From NCBI GenBank assembly GCA_963757705.1, contig CAVWTG010000005.1, forward strand, positions 9,149 to 73,148: a stretch of 64,000 bases of DNA. Direction: 5' to 3'. Positions 37,575 through 46,453 of this stretch are shown piece after piece. Origin of the DNA: an uncultured Actinomycetes bacterium. Its GTDB lineage: Bacteria; Actinomycetota; Thermoleophilia; Solirubrobacterales; Solirubrobacteraceae. The position numbers and the translations under genes were made by a program. Within the stretch, counting starts at the first letter, position 1; each line of letters begins with the position of its first letter. The notes under the pieces were generated by a model, which ran no database searches, was not told the DNA's origin, and saw nothing but the letters and a program-made list of their open reading frames with translations.

Positions 37575-39587
37575 CTAGACGCCGGGGAGGCGGGCCCTCT
37601 GTGCTTTGCGCTGCCAGGCCTTCGGCGTGTCCGCCGAGGCGAAGCGCCGCAGGCCGAAGACCGGGAGGTTCTCCAGCGGGTTGAGCTGGTGCGCGCGGCG
37701 CATGTCCGGCTTGGGGTCATGCCCCAGCAGGGCCAGGTTCACCGCCAGCACGTAGCGCAGGCGCCAGTCGTCCGGGTCGCGCTTGACCGCCGCCTGGATC
37801 TGCTGGAGCGCCAGCGTGGGCTGACCGAAGCGCAGGTCGCAGTAGGTGAGGATCAGGCGCGGCTCGGGGCGCACCTGCTCGGCGTCCAGCGAGCTGAGCG
37901 CCCGGTCGACGGCCGTCGCGCAGTTCCCGTGGCGATACGCGGCGACGGCGTCGTCCAGGCGCGTCTGGGACTGGGCGATCTTGTACGGCGTGATCGCCAG
38001 CAGCAGGCAGCCCAGCCCGAGGACGACGCGCATGAGGCGGGGCGCGTCGCCGAGCGCCCGTGGCTCCTCGGAGGTGTCCAGGCCCTCGCGCCACACCGGC
38101 GTGGCCAGCACGGCCCCGCCGACGCAGAACGCCGTGAGCGTGACCACCGGCATCTCCCAGTCCCAGTCCAGGCCGGCCCGCAGCCCCCACAGCAACAGGA
38201 AGGCGAAGGCCGCCGCCATCAGCGCCCGGTCGGGCCCGCGGATGCGCACCGCCGCGCCGACCACCAGCGCGCCGACGATGGCCAGGATCAGCAGCAGGCC
38301 GACGATCCCCATCTCGCCGAGCACCTCGGCGTAGAGGGAGTGGCCGTCGAAGACGTTGGTCGAGTCCGGGCGGTTCTGGTTCCAGACCAGCTGGTAGGTG
38401 CCGGCGCCGGTGCCGTGCAGGCGCTGGGTCTTCCACGAGTCGATGGCCACCCGCCACTCGTCCACGCGGCCGTTGCTCGAGGGGTCGGTCAGCCGCTCCC
38501 GCAGGTCGCCGGTGTCCTTGGGCTGCTTGCGGTGGACGAACTTGTCGTACTGGTCGCCGACGTAACCCCGGCCCACCCCCGGCGACGAAGACGGCGGCGA
38601 CCGCCAGCACGACCGCGGCGCGCTCCGCCCCACCGGCGCACCGAGCCGGCGAAACTCGGAGCGGCGGGCGGGCGGCCGGCCGCCCGTCGAGCGGCGTGAG
38701 GAGGAGCGCGGGCCACCACGCCAAGAGCACAGCAGATGGCCATGACGATCGCCACGCGGCGGCCCTGGCTGACGCCCTCGCCGCGGACGCAGGATGGACA
38801 CGGTCGCCAGGGAGTCGGCCTGGTAGGCGACGATGACCGCCACGGCCATCGCGCGGCACGGCGGCGAGCAGGCCGCCCAGCGACCGCGCGCGGGACGGCC
38901 CGGACCAGAGATAGGCGACGACACGCAGACAGGCCAACCGCGATGCGGTCCGCGGGAGAGGGTCAGGTAGATCGTGCAGGCCAGTAGCGGCACCGCGCCG
39001 GCGGCGGCGATCCGGATCCAGCGCGGCTCGCGCTCGCCGCAGGTGAGATGGACGCACAGGACGACTCCGAGCGCGCCAAGCAGGCCCAGCGTGTTCCAGT
39101 AGGTGATCGGGTAGGAGAGCCGGTCGTTGGCGATGTTGGGCGAAACCGGCCACACATGCGGAAGCGTCCGCGTGATGAACGAGATGGTGCAGACCGCCAC
39201 GATGGCCGCCGCCACCCCGCGAAGGAGCCAGGCGAGCCGGCGCGGCGTCATCGGCAACGTGCCGAACAGGACCAGCGCGAGGACGTAGAGGAGCGCCCGG
39301 TCGAACTCCAGGAGAGCCCGCGCGGGAGCATGCGACCACGAGGCCGAGAGCAGGATCCAGCCACAGAAGAGCGCCAGCGCGCCACCTCCGACAGCCAGCC
39401 CGGCCCCGGCGCCACCGAAGGGATTCTCGGCCACCGTGAAGCGCAGCAGGAGGAGCAGGGCCAGGACGACGGCGAGCAGTCCCTGGGTCCCGGCGAAGAA
39501 CCCGCCGCCGTGAAAGGCCGTGTAGACGACCAGGATGCCCGGGAGCAGCAGAAGCGCGGCGAGCGCGCCGCGACGAGCGGTGGGCAT
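37575..39587 (-). pseudogene. O-antigen ligase-family membrane protein with C-terminal TPR-like region; internal frameshift cluster masked by an open ORF
   Basis: The 670-aa track ORF has good N- and C-terminal parts (YPITYWNTLGLLGALGVVLC..., ...GTGAGTYQLVWNQ...HSLYAEVLGEMGIVGLL..., TPR-like tail). The stretch from about 38560 to 39000 reads as Arg/Pro junk. Membrane-like segments there sit in the other frames (VVAYLWSGPSRARSLGGLLAAVP, VAIVMAICCALGVVA, AAVVLAVAAVFVAG). One switch is at a GGGGG run near 38588. Confidence 0.65.
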
Positions 39588-39725
39588 GACCCGATCTTAG
39601 GTTCGGGTGATGACGATCCTGCGCCCGACCGTAACTTTCTGGGGTTCTGGCATGTTTTCTTCCTGTAATACGGTTGGCTTACGGCCACGCGCGAAATACA
39701 CTTGCCCACTCGTTTTCAGGTTCCG

Positions 39726-40430
39726 ATGGAGGCCTCCGTCACTCCCACCACCAGCGTCGCGACCCCCGAGCGCATCTACGCTCCCGACGCCAGCGACATA
39801 CAGACCTCCCACGGCCGCCTCTGGCACTGGCTCAAGCGAGGCTTCGACATCGCCTTCGCGCTGCTCGCCCTGGTGGCCCTGGTGCCCCTCCTGGCGATCG
39901 TGGCGATCGCCATCAAGCTCGACTCCCGCGGCCCGCTCCTGTTCCGCCAGCGCCGCTACGGGCGCGACATGCGCCCCTTCACCGTCCTGAAGTTCCGGAC
40001 GATGACCGACGGCGCGTCCGCCGAGGCGCACCGGGCCTACATCGCCAGCCTGGCGTCCGGCGACGAGGACAGGTCGCCCGGCCTCAAGAAGCTCGTCGAC
40101 GACCCGCGCGTCACCCGCGTGGGGCACCTGCTGCGCCGCTTCTCGATCGACGAGCTGCCCCAGTTCGTCAACGTCCTCCTGGGTTCGATGTCCCTCATCG
40201 GCCCCCGTCCGGCGATCGCGTACGAGCTCGAGCACTACCGCGTGCGCCACTACGAGCGCTTCGCAGTGCGCCCCGGGCTCTCGGGCCTGTGGCAGGTTTC
40301 CGGTCGCAACGAGGTGGGCTTCAACGAGATGCTCGACCTCGACGTGGAGTACGCGCAGAACTGCAGCTTCACCACCGACCTGCGGGTCTTCGTGCGGACA
40401 CCGCTGGCCATGGTCCGCGGCGCGGCGTAG
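39726..40430 (+). CDS. Small bacterial sugar transferase (PglC/WecA-unrelated PGT type) - second priming transferase
   Basis: ATG 39726 lies inside track ORF 39702..40430. Translation is WLKRGFDIAFALLALVALVPLLAIVAIAIKLDSRGPLLFRQRRYG...FTVLKFRTM...DPRVTRVGHLLRRFSIDELPQFVNVLLGSMSLIGPRP. Confidence 0.88.
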   Translation: MEASVTPTTSVATPERIYAPDASDIQTSHGRLWHWLKRGFDIAFALLALVALVPLLAIVAIAIKLDSRGPLLFRQRRYGRDMRPFTVLKFRTMTDGASAEAHRAYIASLASGDEDRSPGLKKLVDDPRVTRVGHLLRRFSIDELPQFVNVLLGSMSLIGPRPAIAYELEHYRVRHYERFAVRPGLSGLWQVSGRNEVGFNEMLDLDVEYAQNCSFTTDLRVFVRTPLAMVRGAA

Positions 40431-40446
40431 GTATCCGATCAGCGAA

Positions 40447-41523
40447 CTGAACTGGGCAATCGTCGGTCTCGGGTACTGGGGCCCGAACCTGTTGCGCAAC
40501 GCGTGGGAGCTCGAGGGCGTCAACGTCAAGTACGCCTGCGACCGCGACCCGGAGAGCCTGGCGCGCCACTCGCGCCGGTACCCGGGCATCCAGCAGGTCA
40601 CGGACTTCCAGACCGTCCTCGACGACCCCGAGATCGACGCCGTGCTCGTGGCGACGCCGATCTCCACCCACCACGCGCTGGGCAAGCGCGCGCTGCAGGC
40701 CGGCAAGCACGTGTTCGTGGAGAAGCCGATGGCCAGCACGGTGGAGGAGTGCGAGGACCTGATGGCCGTCGCCGACGAGCGCGACCTCGTCCTCATGCCG
40801 GGCCACACCTTCGTCTACTCGCCGCCGGTCGTGCGCATCAAGGAGATGCTGCGCGAGGGCGAGATCGGACGCCTGCACTTCGGCACCTCCACCCGGGTCA
40901 ACCTGGGCATCCACCAGAGCGACGCCAGCGTCGTGCGCGACCTCGGCCCCCACGACTTCTCGATCCTGCACTACTGGTTCGGCGAGCCGTCCTTCGTGCG
41001 CGCAATCGCTCGCGCCTCGGTGACGGACAAGCTCGACGTCGCCTTCATCGACCTCGGCTTCCCCGACCAGAGCCTGTTCCATCTGGAGATCGCCTGGCTC
41101 TCGCCGTCCAAGCTGCGCCGGACCGTGCTCGTCGGCTCCGAGAAGATGATCGTCTACGACGACACGGCGACCGAGCAGGTGCGCATCTACGACTGGGGCG
41201 CCGACATCATCGAGCCCGAGACCTTCGGCGAGTACCAGCTCTCCTACCGCTCGGGCGACATCCACTCGCCGCGCATCGACCCGGCCGAGCCGCTGCACCT
41301 CGAGCTCGCCGACTTCGCCGGCGCGATGCGGGACGGCACCCGCCCGCGCGCCGACTCGCGCATGGGCCGTGACGTCGTGCGGATGGTCGAGGCGACCGAG
41401 CGCTCGCTGGACTACAACGCCGCCCCGGTCTGGCTCTCGGCCGAGACCGACGAGGAGCGGCGCAAGCCCGACCGGCGTCGCAGCGTCGGTGGAATGCCGA
41501 TTCGGAGGCTGCCGCTGCAATGA
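40447..41523 (+). CDS. Gfo/Idh/MocA-family NAD-dependent sugar oxidoreductase
   Basis: Track ORF 40492..41523 contains VLVATPISTHHALGKRALQAGKHVFVEKPMA. The Rossmann motif (NWAIVGLGYWGPN) lies upstream of the track's TTG start. No ATG, GTG or TTG precedes it in frame, so CTG 40447 is the nearest candidate and the start is uncertain. Confidence 0.75.
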   Translation: MNWAIVGLGYWGPNLLRNAWELEGVNVKYACDRDPESLARHSRRYPGIQQVTDFQTVLDDPEIDAVLVATPISTHHALGKRALQAGKHVFVEKPMASTVEECEDLMAVADERDLVLMPGHTFVYSPPVVRIKEMLREGEIGRLHFGTSTRVNLGIHQSDASVVRDLGPHDFSILHYWFGEPSFVRAIARASVTDKLDVAFIDLGFPDQSLFHLEIAWLSPSKLRRTVLVGSEKMIVYDDTATEQVRIYDWGADIIEPETFGEYQLSYRSGDIHSPRIDPAEPLHLELADFAGAMRDGTRPRADSRMGRDVVRMVEATERSLDYNAAPVWLSAETDEERRKPDRRRSVGGMPIRRLPLQ

Positions 41524-42632
41524 CCGGAGTTCCCCTCGTAGACCTCAGCCGCCAGTACGAGCCGATCGCCGGGCACGCGCGCAGCGTGTTCGATCGCATC
41601 GCCGGCAGCGGCGCCTTCATCCTCGGCCAGGAGCTCGAGGCGTTCGAGGCCGAGTTCGCCGAGTACTGCGGCGCCGCGCACTGCGTGGGCGTGGACAGCG
41701 GGACCGACGCCCTCAAGCTCGCCCTCCAGGCCATGGGGATCGGCCCGGGCGACGAGGTGATCACGGCGGCGATGACGTTCATCGCCACCGTGGAGGCGAT
41801 CGCCGAGACGGGTGCGACGCCGGTGATCGTGGACGTCGACCCGGAGACCCGCAACATCGATCCCGCCGCCGTGCGCGCCGCGCTGACGGCGCAGACCAAG
41901 GCGGTCATGCCGATCCACCTCTACGGACGCCCCGCCCCGATGCCCGAGCTGGAGGCCGTGTGCGGCCCCGCGGGCGTCCCGCTGGTCGAGGACGCCGCGC
42001 AGGCCCACGGCGCCACGCTGGGAGGTCATCGCGCCGGGTCGCTCGGACTGGCGGCGGGCTTCTCGTTCTACCCCACGAAGAACCTCGGCGCGATGGGCGA
42101 CGCCGGTGCCGTCACCACGAGCGACGCCGGGATCGCCGATCTCGTCCGCTCCCTGCGCCACCACGGGGCCGCCGCGGGCGACGCCAACCGCCACGAGCAC
42201 CGCGGCTGGACCTCGCGCCTGGACAACCTGCAGGCGGCGCTGCTGCGGCTCAAGCTTCCCCATCTCGAGGGCTGGAACAACGAGCGCCGCGCCGCGGTGG
42301 AGCGCTATCGAGAGCTCCTGGGCGACCTCGAGGGGGTCACGCTGCCCACGCCCGATCCCGAGGACGGGAAGCAGGTGTTCCACCTGTGCGTCGTCGAGCT
42401 CGACGACCGCGACCGCGTCCTGGCCCAGCTGCGCGAGGACGGCATCGGGGCGGCGGTCCACTACCCGACGCCGGTCCACCTCCAGCCCGCCTGGACGCAT
42501 CTGGGCGAGCCCGGAGCCTTCCCCGCGGCCGAGCGGCTGGCCCAGCGGGCCCTCACCCTGCCCGTCTTCCCCGGGATGACCCGGGCCGAGGTCGAGCGGG
42601 TGGCCACGGGGCTGCGCAGCGCGGTCGGCTAG
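41520..42632 (+). CDS. DegT/DnrJ/EryC1/StrS-family PLP-dependent sugar aminotransferase
   Basis: ORF-track 370 aa. The ATG overlaps the upstream stop (ATGA). Translation is VDSGTDALKLALQAMGIGPGDEVI...DAAQAHGA...GFSFYPTKNLGAMGDAGAVTT. Confidence 0.88.
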   Translation: MTGVPLVDLSRQYEPIAGHARSVFDRIAGSGAFILGQELEAFEAEFAEYCGAAHCVGVDSGTDALKLALQAMGIGPGDEVITAAMTFIATVEAIAETGATPVIVDVDPETRNIDPAAVRAALTAQTKAVMPIHLYGRPAPMPELEAVCGPAGVPLVEDAAQAHGATLGGHRAGSLGLAAGFSFYPTKNLGAMGDAGAVTTSDAGIADLVRSLRHHGAAAGDANRHEHRGWTSRLDNLQAALLRLKLPHLEGWNNERRAAVERYRELLGDLEGVTLPTPDPEDGKQVFHLCVVELDDRDRVLAQLREDGIGAAVHYPTPVHLQPAWTHLGEPGAFPAAERLAQRALTLPVFPGMTRAEVERVATGLRSAVG

Positions 42633-42637
42633 ATCGA

Positions 42638-43825
42638 CTACGCGATCCAGCGCTCGTAGGCTTCGCGCAGGACCGCCGCCGAGCGCTCCCAGGTGAGCTC
42701 GCGCGCCCGCTCCCGGGCCGCCCGGCCGAGCTGAGCACGGCGCTCGCCGTCGGCGCACAGGGCGGCCACGGCCGCCTCGAAGGCCTCGGCGTCCCCGCAG
42801 GGCGCGAACTCGACGGCGCCGGCGGCGGTGTGGGCCGTCTCGCGCAGCTCGTAGGCCACGGTCGGGCGTCCCGCCGCCAGGTACTCGCCGATCTTGACCA
42901 TCGTCGTGCGGTGGTTGAACTCGGTGCACGGCGCCGTGTCGACGCACACGTCGGCGCCGAACAGGGTCTCGATCACCTCGGTGTGGGAGACGCGGCCGGT
43001 GAACCGGATCGCCTCGGCCACGCCGAGCCGGGCCGCGGCCTCGCGCATCGGTTCCAGCTGCGCTCCCCACCCGATCACGGTGAGACGGGCCTCGCGCAGG
43101 CCGTGGCGGTCGCGCAGGCCGGCCATCAGGCCCGGCAGGGCGTCGACGCCGTCCTGCTCCTCCAGCGCCCCCACGTACACCAGGTGCGGGTCCTCGAGGG
43201 CGTCCGGGCGCAGCGTGGCGTCGCGCTCGAGCATCGAGGCCGGCGGGCCGTTTCGGACCACCGCGATCCGCTCGGCGTCGATCGCGCCCGTCTGCGCCAG
43301 CAGCTCGCGCTGGCTCTCGTTGGTCACCAGGGCGAGGTCGGCGGCGCGCGCGGTCGTGCGCTGCGCGAAGGCGGCGAACGCGGTCGCCCAGCGGCGGCCC
43401 AGCCGCTCGGTCATCAGGTCGGCGAAGAGGTCGTGCTGGTCGAACACCACCCGGCGCCTCAGCAGCCGGGCCACGAGGGCGGGCCCGAACAGCGTGTCGG
43501 GCGGGTTGTGCAGGTGCAGGACGCCGGCGCCCCGGGCCAGAGCCCGCAGGGCGCGCAGGTAGAGCGCCGTGTGGGCGACCAGGTACTCGGCCACGAGCGC
43601 CCCGACCCCCCCGGCGTGGTCCATGTTCAGGCGGAAGCGCTCGACGCTCACGCCGCCGACGGTCTCGCGGGCGGCCTGCCCCGGGCCGCGCGGGGCGATG
43701 ACATGGACCGGCCAGCCGGCGTCGCGCAGGGTGTGGGCCTCGTCGCGGACACGCACGTCCTGCGGGTAGAGGTCGTTCTCCAGCAGCATCACCACCCGCC
43801 GGCGGCGGGGCGGGCTAGGCGACAT
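42638..43825 (-). CDS. Glycosyltransferase family 4
   Basis: Track ORF 42638..43879. The likely start is MSPSPPRRRRVVMLLENDLYPQDVRVRDEAHTL (43825). Further sequence: VLHLHNPPDTLF...VVFDQHDLFADL. Confidence 0.75.
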   Translation of the reverse strand: MSPSPPRRRRVVMLLENDLYPQDVRVRDEAHTLRDAGWPVHVIAPRGPGQAARETVGGVSVERFRLNMDHAGGVGALVAEYLVAHTALYLRALRALARGAGVLHLHNPPDTLFGPALVARLLRRRVVFDQHDLFADLMTERLGRRWATAFAAFAQRTTARAADLALVTNESQRELLAQTGAIDAERIAVVRNGPPASMLERDATLRPDALEDPHLVYVGALEEQDGVDALPGLMAGLRDRHGLREARLTVIGWGAQLEPMREAAARLGVAEAIRFTGRVSHTEVIETLFGADVCVDTAPCTEFNHRTTMVKIGEYLAAGRPTVAYELRETAHTAAGAVEFAPCGDAEAFEAAVAALCADGERRAQLGRAARERARELTWERSAAVLREAYERWIA

Positions 43826-45152
43826 CGAACTCGACTTCCCCGCCCGCCAGCCGGGCGACGCCCGGCTCCGCCGTCTCACCGGCGTCGCGCTCGCGCCACC
43901 ACGCGGCGACGTCGCGGGGCAACGCCCTCCACACGCCGTGGCGCTCCGAGAGGACGTCGAGGAACTCCGCGTAGGACGCGCGCTTGGCCGGATCGCCGAG
44001 GTAGCCCGGGTCGGGATGCGTCACGCACTGGACCAGGCCGGCGGCGGCCTCGAGGCGGTCGAGCTGCGCCACCCACAGCTCCGGCGAGCGGGCGCGCATG
44101 AGCGTGAACAGCGTGTGGTCCTGGGGCATCGTGTACGGCAGCTCGACGACGCCGCCGAGGAAGAACGGCCAGGGAGAGCAACAGCCACCCGGCTGAGGCT
44201 CGTATGGATCGGACATGGGGATCGTGCAGTCGTAGGAGACCGGCAGCTCGCTCAGCCAGTCCACGACCCGGTGGGTGGCGGGGGAGCGGAAGCCCACGGC
44301 GCCCAGCTCCGAGGCCGCCCTGGCCAGCCGCGGGAGCTGGGCGTCGAAGCTCTCGCGGGTGGCGAACATCGAGCGGTCGTGGAACACGCCGTGGACGCCG
44401 ATCTCGAAGCCGCGCCCGGTCAGGTCGCGCAGGATCCCGTGGTCGATCGGATACCAGTCACCGACCACGTTGAACGAGGAGCGCAGGCCGCGCGACTCCT
44501 CCAGGTCGGCCACCTCGACGGCGAGCCGCAGGCCCTCGGCGCTCTCCACGTCGTGCGTGAGGATCGCCGCCGCGCGCCGGCCCTCGGGCCAGAACCAGGC
44601 GAAGCGCAGCTCGTCGCGCCCCGAGGCGGTCAGGGCGGCGCGGACCATCAGCTTCAGCAGCCGGGCGGCCGAGTCGTCGTAGGGCCAGGTGGGGAAGTCG
44701 GGGCGCCCCTGCCAGCGGATCAGCGCGCGGCGGGCGGCCAGCTGCGCCCGGCGTGGGATCAGGCGCTTGACCCTGTAGAAGCGGTCGAGCGAGCCCTCCG
44801 AGAGGCTGCGGGTGTCCGCCGCGCCGGCCCAGCGCTCCCGCACGTAGGCCTCGTAGGCCTCGGCCAGGCTGAACGGGAAGAGCGCGGTGCCGTCGGCCAC
44901 GACCACCTCGGAGGCCGTCCCGTCCTCCCGGGCGAAGCGCTCGAGCGTCTGCCCCTTCCCGTTCGCCTGGAGCGGCGCGGCCTTCGCCAGGACGCGCCAG
45001 TCGCCGCTGCGCAGCCACTGCGGCTCGCCCTCCGCCCGCGCGCAGACCACGGTCGCGCCGTCGGCGCTGGGATCGGCCACGTCGAGCGGCTCGAGAGGCC
45101 GCAGGAGCCGCAGGAGAGGGTGCTCGCCCTGCACCGGCGTGACGATACCCAC
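43815..45152 (-). CDS. Polysaccharide-deacetylase-like (CE4-superfamily-like) protein with N-terminal extension
   Basis: ORF-track 445 aa: AAILTHDVESAEGLR...FEIGVHGVFHDRSMF...GFRSPATHR...VELPYTMPQDHTLF. The assignment is from the motif pattern only. Confidence 0.5.
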   Translation of the reverse strand: MGIVTPVQGEHPLLRLLRPLEPLDVADPSADGATVVCARAEGEPQWLRSGDWRVLAKAAPLQANGKGQTLERFAREDGTASEVVVADGTALFPFSLAEAYEAYVRERWAGAADTRSLSEGSLDRFYRVKRLIPRRAQLAARRALIRWQGRPDFPTWPYDDSAARLLKLMVRAALTASGRDELRFAWFWPEGRRAAAILTHDVESAEGLRLAVEVADLEESRGLRSSFNVVGDWYPIDHGILRDLTGRGFEIGVHGVFHDRSMFATRESFDAQLPRLARAASELGAVGFRSPATHRVVDWLSELPVSYDCTIPMSDPYEPQPGGCCSPWPFFLGGVVELPYTMPQDHTLFTLMRARSPELWVAQLDRLEAAAGLVQCVTHPDPGYLGDPAKRASYAEFLDVLSERHGVWRALPRDVAAWWRERDAGETAEPGVARLAGGEVEFDVA

Positions 45153-45202
45153 CGCTCCCGCCGCCTCCGGGCCCGCCCGGTGCGCTCACTATCTTCCGGG
45201 GC

Positions 45203-46219
45203 GTGGACCCCGTCGCCGACCCCCGCTGGCGCGAGCTCGCGGAGCGCGCGCCGGGCGCGTCGATCTTCCATCGCCCCGAGTGGATCGGGCTGCTGCGCGA
45301 CGCCTACGGCTTCCGTCCGCACGCCTGGACGGTGGCCGGCGCCGACGGCGCGCTCGTCGCGGGGCTGCCCGTGGCTCGGGTGGGTGGGCGCCTGACGGGC
45401 CGGCGGCTGGTCGCCCTGCCGTTCTCGGACACCTGCCGGCCGCTGTGCCTGCAGGGGCGCGAGGACGCCCTGGACGAGCTGGCCGGCGTGGTCGAGGCCG
45501 AGCGCGCGCGGGAGGGCCTGGACCTCGAGGTCCGGGCGCCGCTGGCCGGCGGCCATCCCGGCGGCGAGTTCGTCGAGCACATCCTGTCCCTCGAGGGCGG
45601 CGTGGAGGAGGTTCGCTCGCGCTTCGCCAAGGCGCAGGTCCGCCGCGACATCGCCAAGGCCCAGCGCTCCGGCCTGGTGGCCGAGCGGCGCACCGACCGG
45701 GAGGGACTGGCCGCGTTCTACGACCTCCACCTCCACACCCGCCGCCGCCTCGGCGTCCCCACCCAGCCGCGCTCGTTCATCCTCGCCTTCGAGCGGCTGT
45801 TCGCCGACGGGCTCGGGTTCGTGCAGCTCGTGCGCACGGCCGAGGGTGAGCCGGCCGCGGCCGCCGTGTTTCTGGCCGCGTCGGGAACGCTCACCTACAA
45901 GTACTCGGCCTCCGAGGTCGCGCACCGCAAGCTCCACCCCAACCACCTGATGCTCATGGAGGCGATCGAGTGGGGTTGCGAGAACGGCTGCCACACGCTC
46001 GACATGGGCCGCACGGAGCCCGAGAACACGGGGCTGTGCTCGTTCAAGCGCGGCTGGGGCGCGGAGGAGCGCTCGCTCACCTACACCCACTTCGGCTCGC
46101 CGAAGCGGATCGGCGGCGGCGAGGGTCGCGCCGAGCGCCTGGTGGGCGGGGTCATCCGCCGCTCACCGCCGTTCGTGGGCCGGCTGGTCGGCGCGGCGCT
46201 GTACCGGTACGCGGGGTAG
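45203..46219 (+). CDS. FemAB-family / GNAT-fold (Acetyltransf_6-like) acyl- or aminoacyl-transferase
   Basis: ORF-track 338 aa with a GTG start: FAKAQVRRDIAKAQRSGL...FYDLHLHTRRRLGVPTQPRSF...TLTYKYSASEVAHRKLHPNHLMLMEAIEWGCENGCHTLDMGRT...GLCSFKRGWGAEE. Confidence 0.7.
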   Translation: MDPVADPRWRELAERAPGASIFHRPEWIGLLRDAYGFRPHAWTVAGADGALVAGLPVARVGGRLTGRRLVALPFSDTCRPLCLQGREDALDELAGVVEAERAREGLDLEVRAPLAGGHPGGEFVEHILSLEGGVEEVRSRFAKAQVRRDIAKAQRSGLVAERRTDREGLAAFYDLHLHTRRRLGVPTQPRSFILAFERLFADGLGFVQLVRTAEGEPAAAAVFLAASGTLTYKYSASEVAHRKLHPNHLMLMEAIEWGCENGCHTLDMGRTEPENTGLCSFKRGWGAEERSLTYTHFGSPKRIGGGEGRAERLVGGVIRRSPPFVGRLVGAALYRYAG

Positions 46220-46295
46220 CGTCGGGCGGATCGTCGAGGAGCGCCACGGCCGAGCGGCAACCCCGGCAAGGCTCGAGGCGAGCATCAGAAACGCC

Positions 46296-46315
46296 CGCGG
46301 TTCCGCGGAACCGCG
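46296..46315. repeat. Perfect 20-bp palindrome CGCGGTTCCGCGGAACCGCG between convergent genes
   Basis: Read directly from the sequence: the two 10-nt halves are exact reverse complements with no loop. It could be a bidirectional terminator stem or a dimeric protein-binding site. Confidence 0.5.
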
Positions 46316-46453
46316 AGCGAAGATTCCTGGATAGGGCCGCATATAGCGGTACAGGGCAGGAACCTTCGACCACCGCCTCGACGCCGCCCTCTCGATGCCG
46401 CAGTTTGCCCCGCCCGTGGCGGCGCGGCCTCGATCCGCCCTCCAAGCCCCGCC

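Noticed and set aside
5209-39587. Programmed ribosomal frameshifting or transcriptional slippage as the explanation for the many frame changes
   Set aside because: There are too many events per gene (up to eight or more in 0.9 kb), in both directions. I saw no recurring slippery heptamer or downstream structure. Decay or homopolymer consensus error is far more parsimonious.
41369-44101. 910-aa + strand ORF; likewise 45970..48168 (+, 732 aa), 41412..43070 (-), 46152..47237 (-), 39597..40808 (-)
   Set aside because: These are out-of-frame or antisense to well-supported genes (DegT aminotransferase, GT4, FemAB-like, deacetylase, sugar transferase). The products are Arg/Pro/Gly-rich with no motifs.
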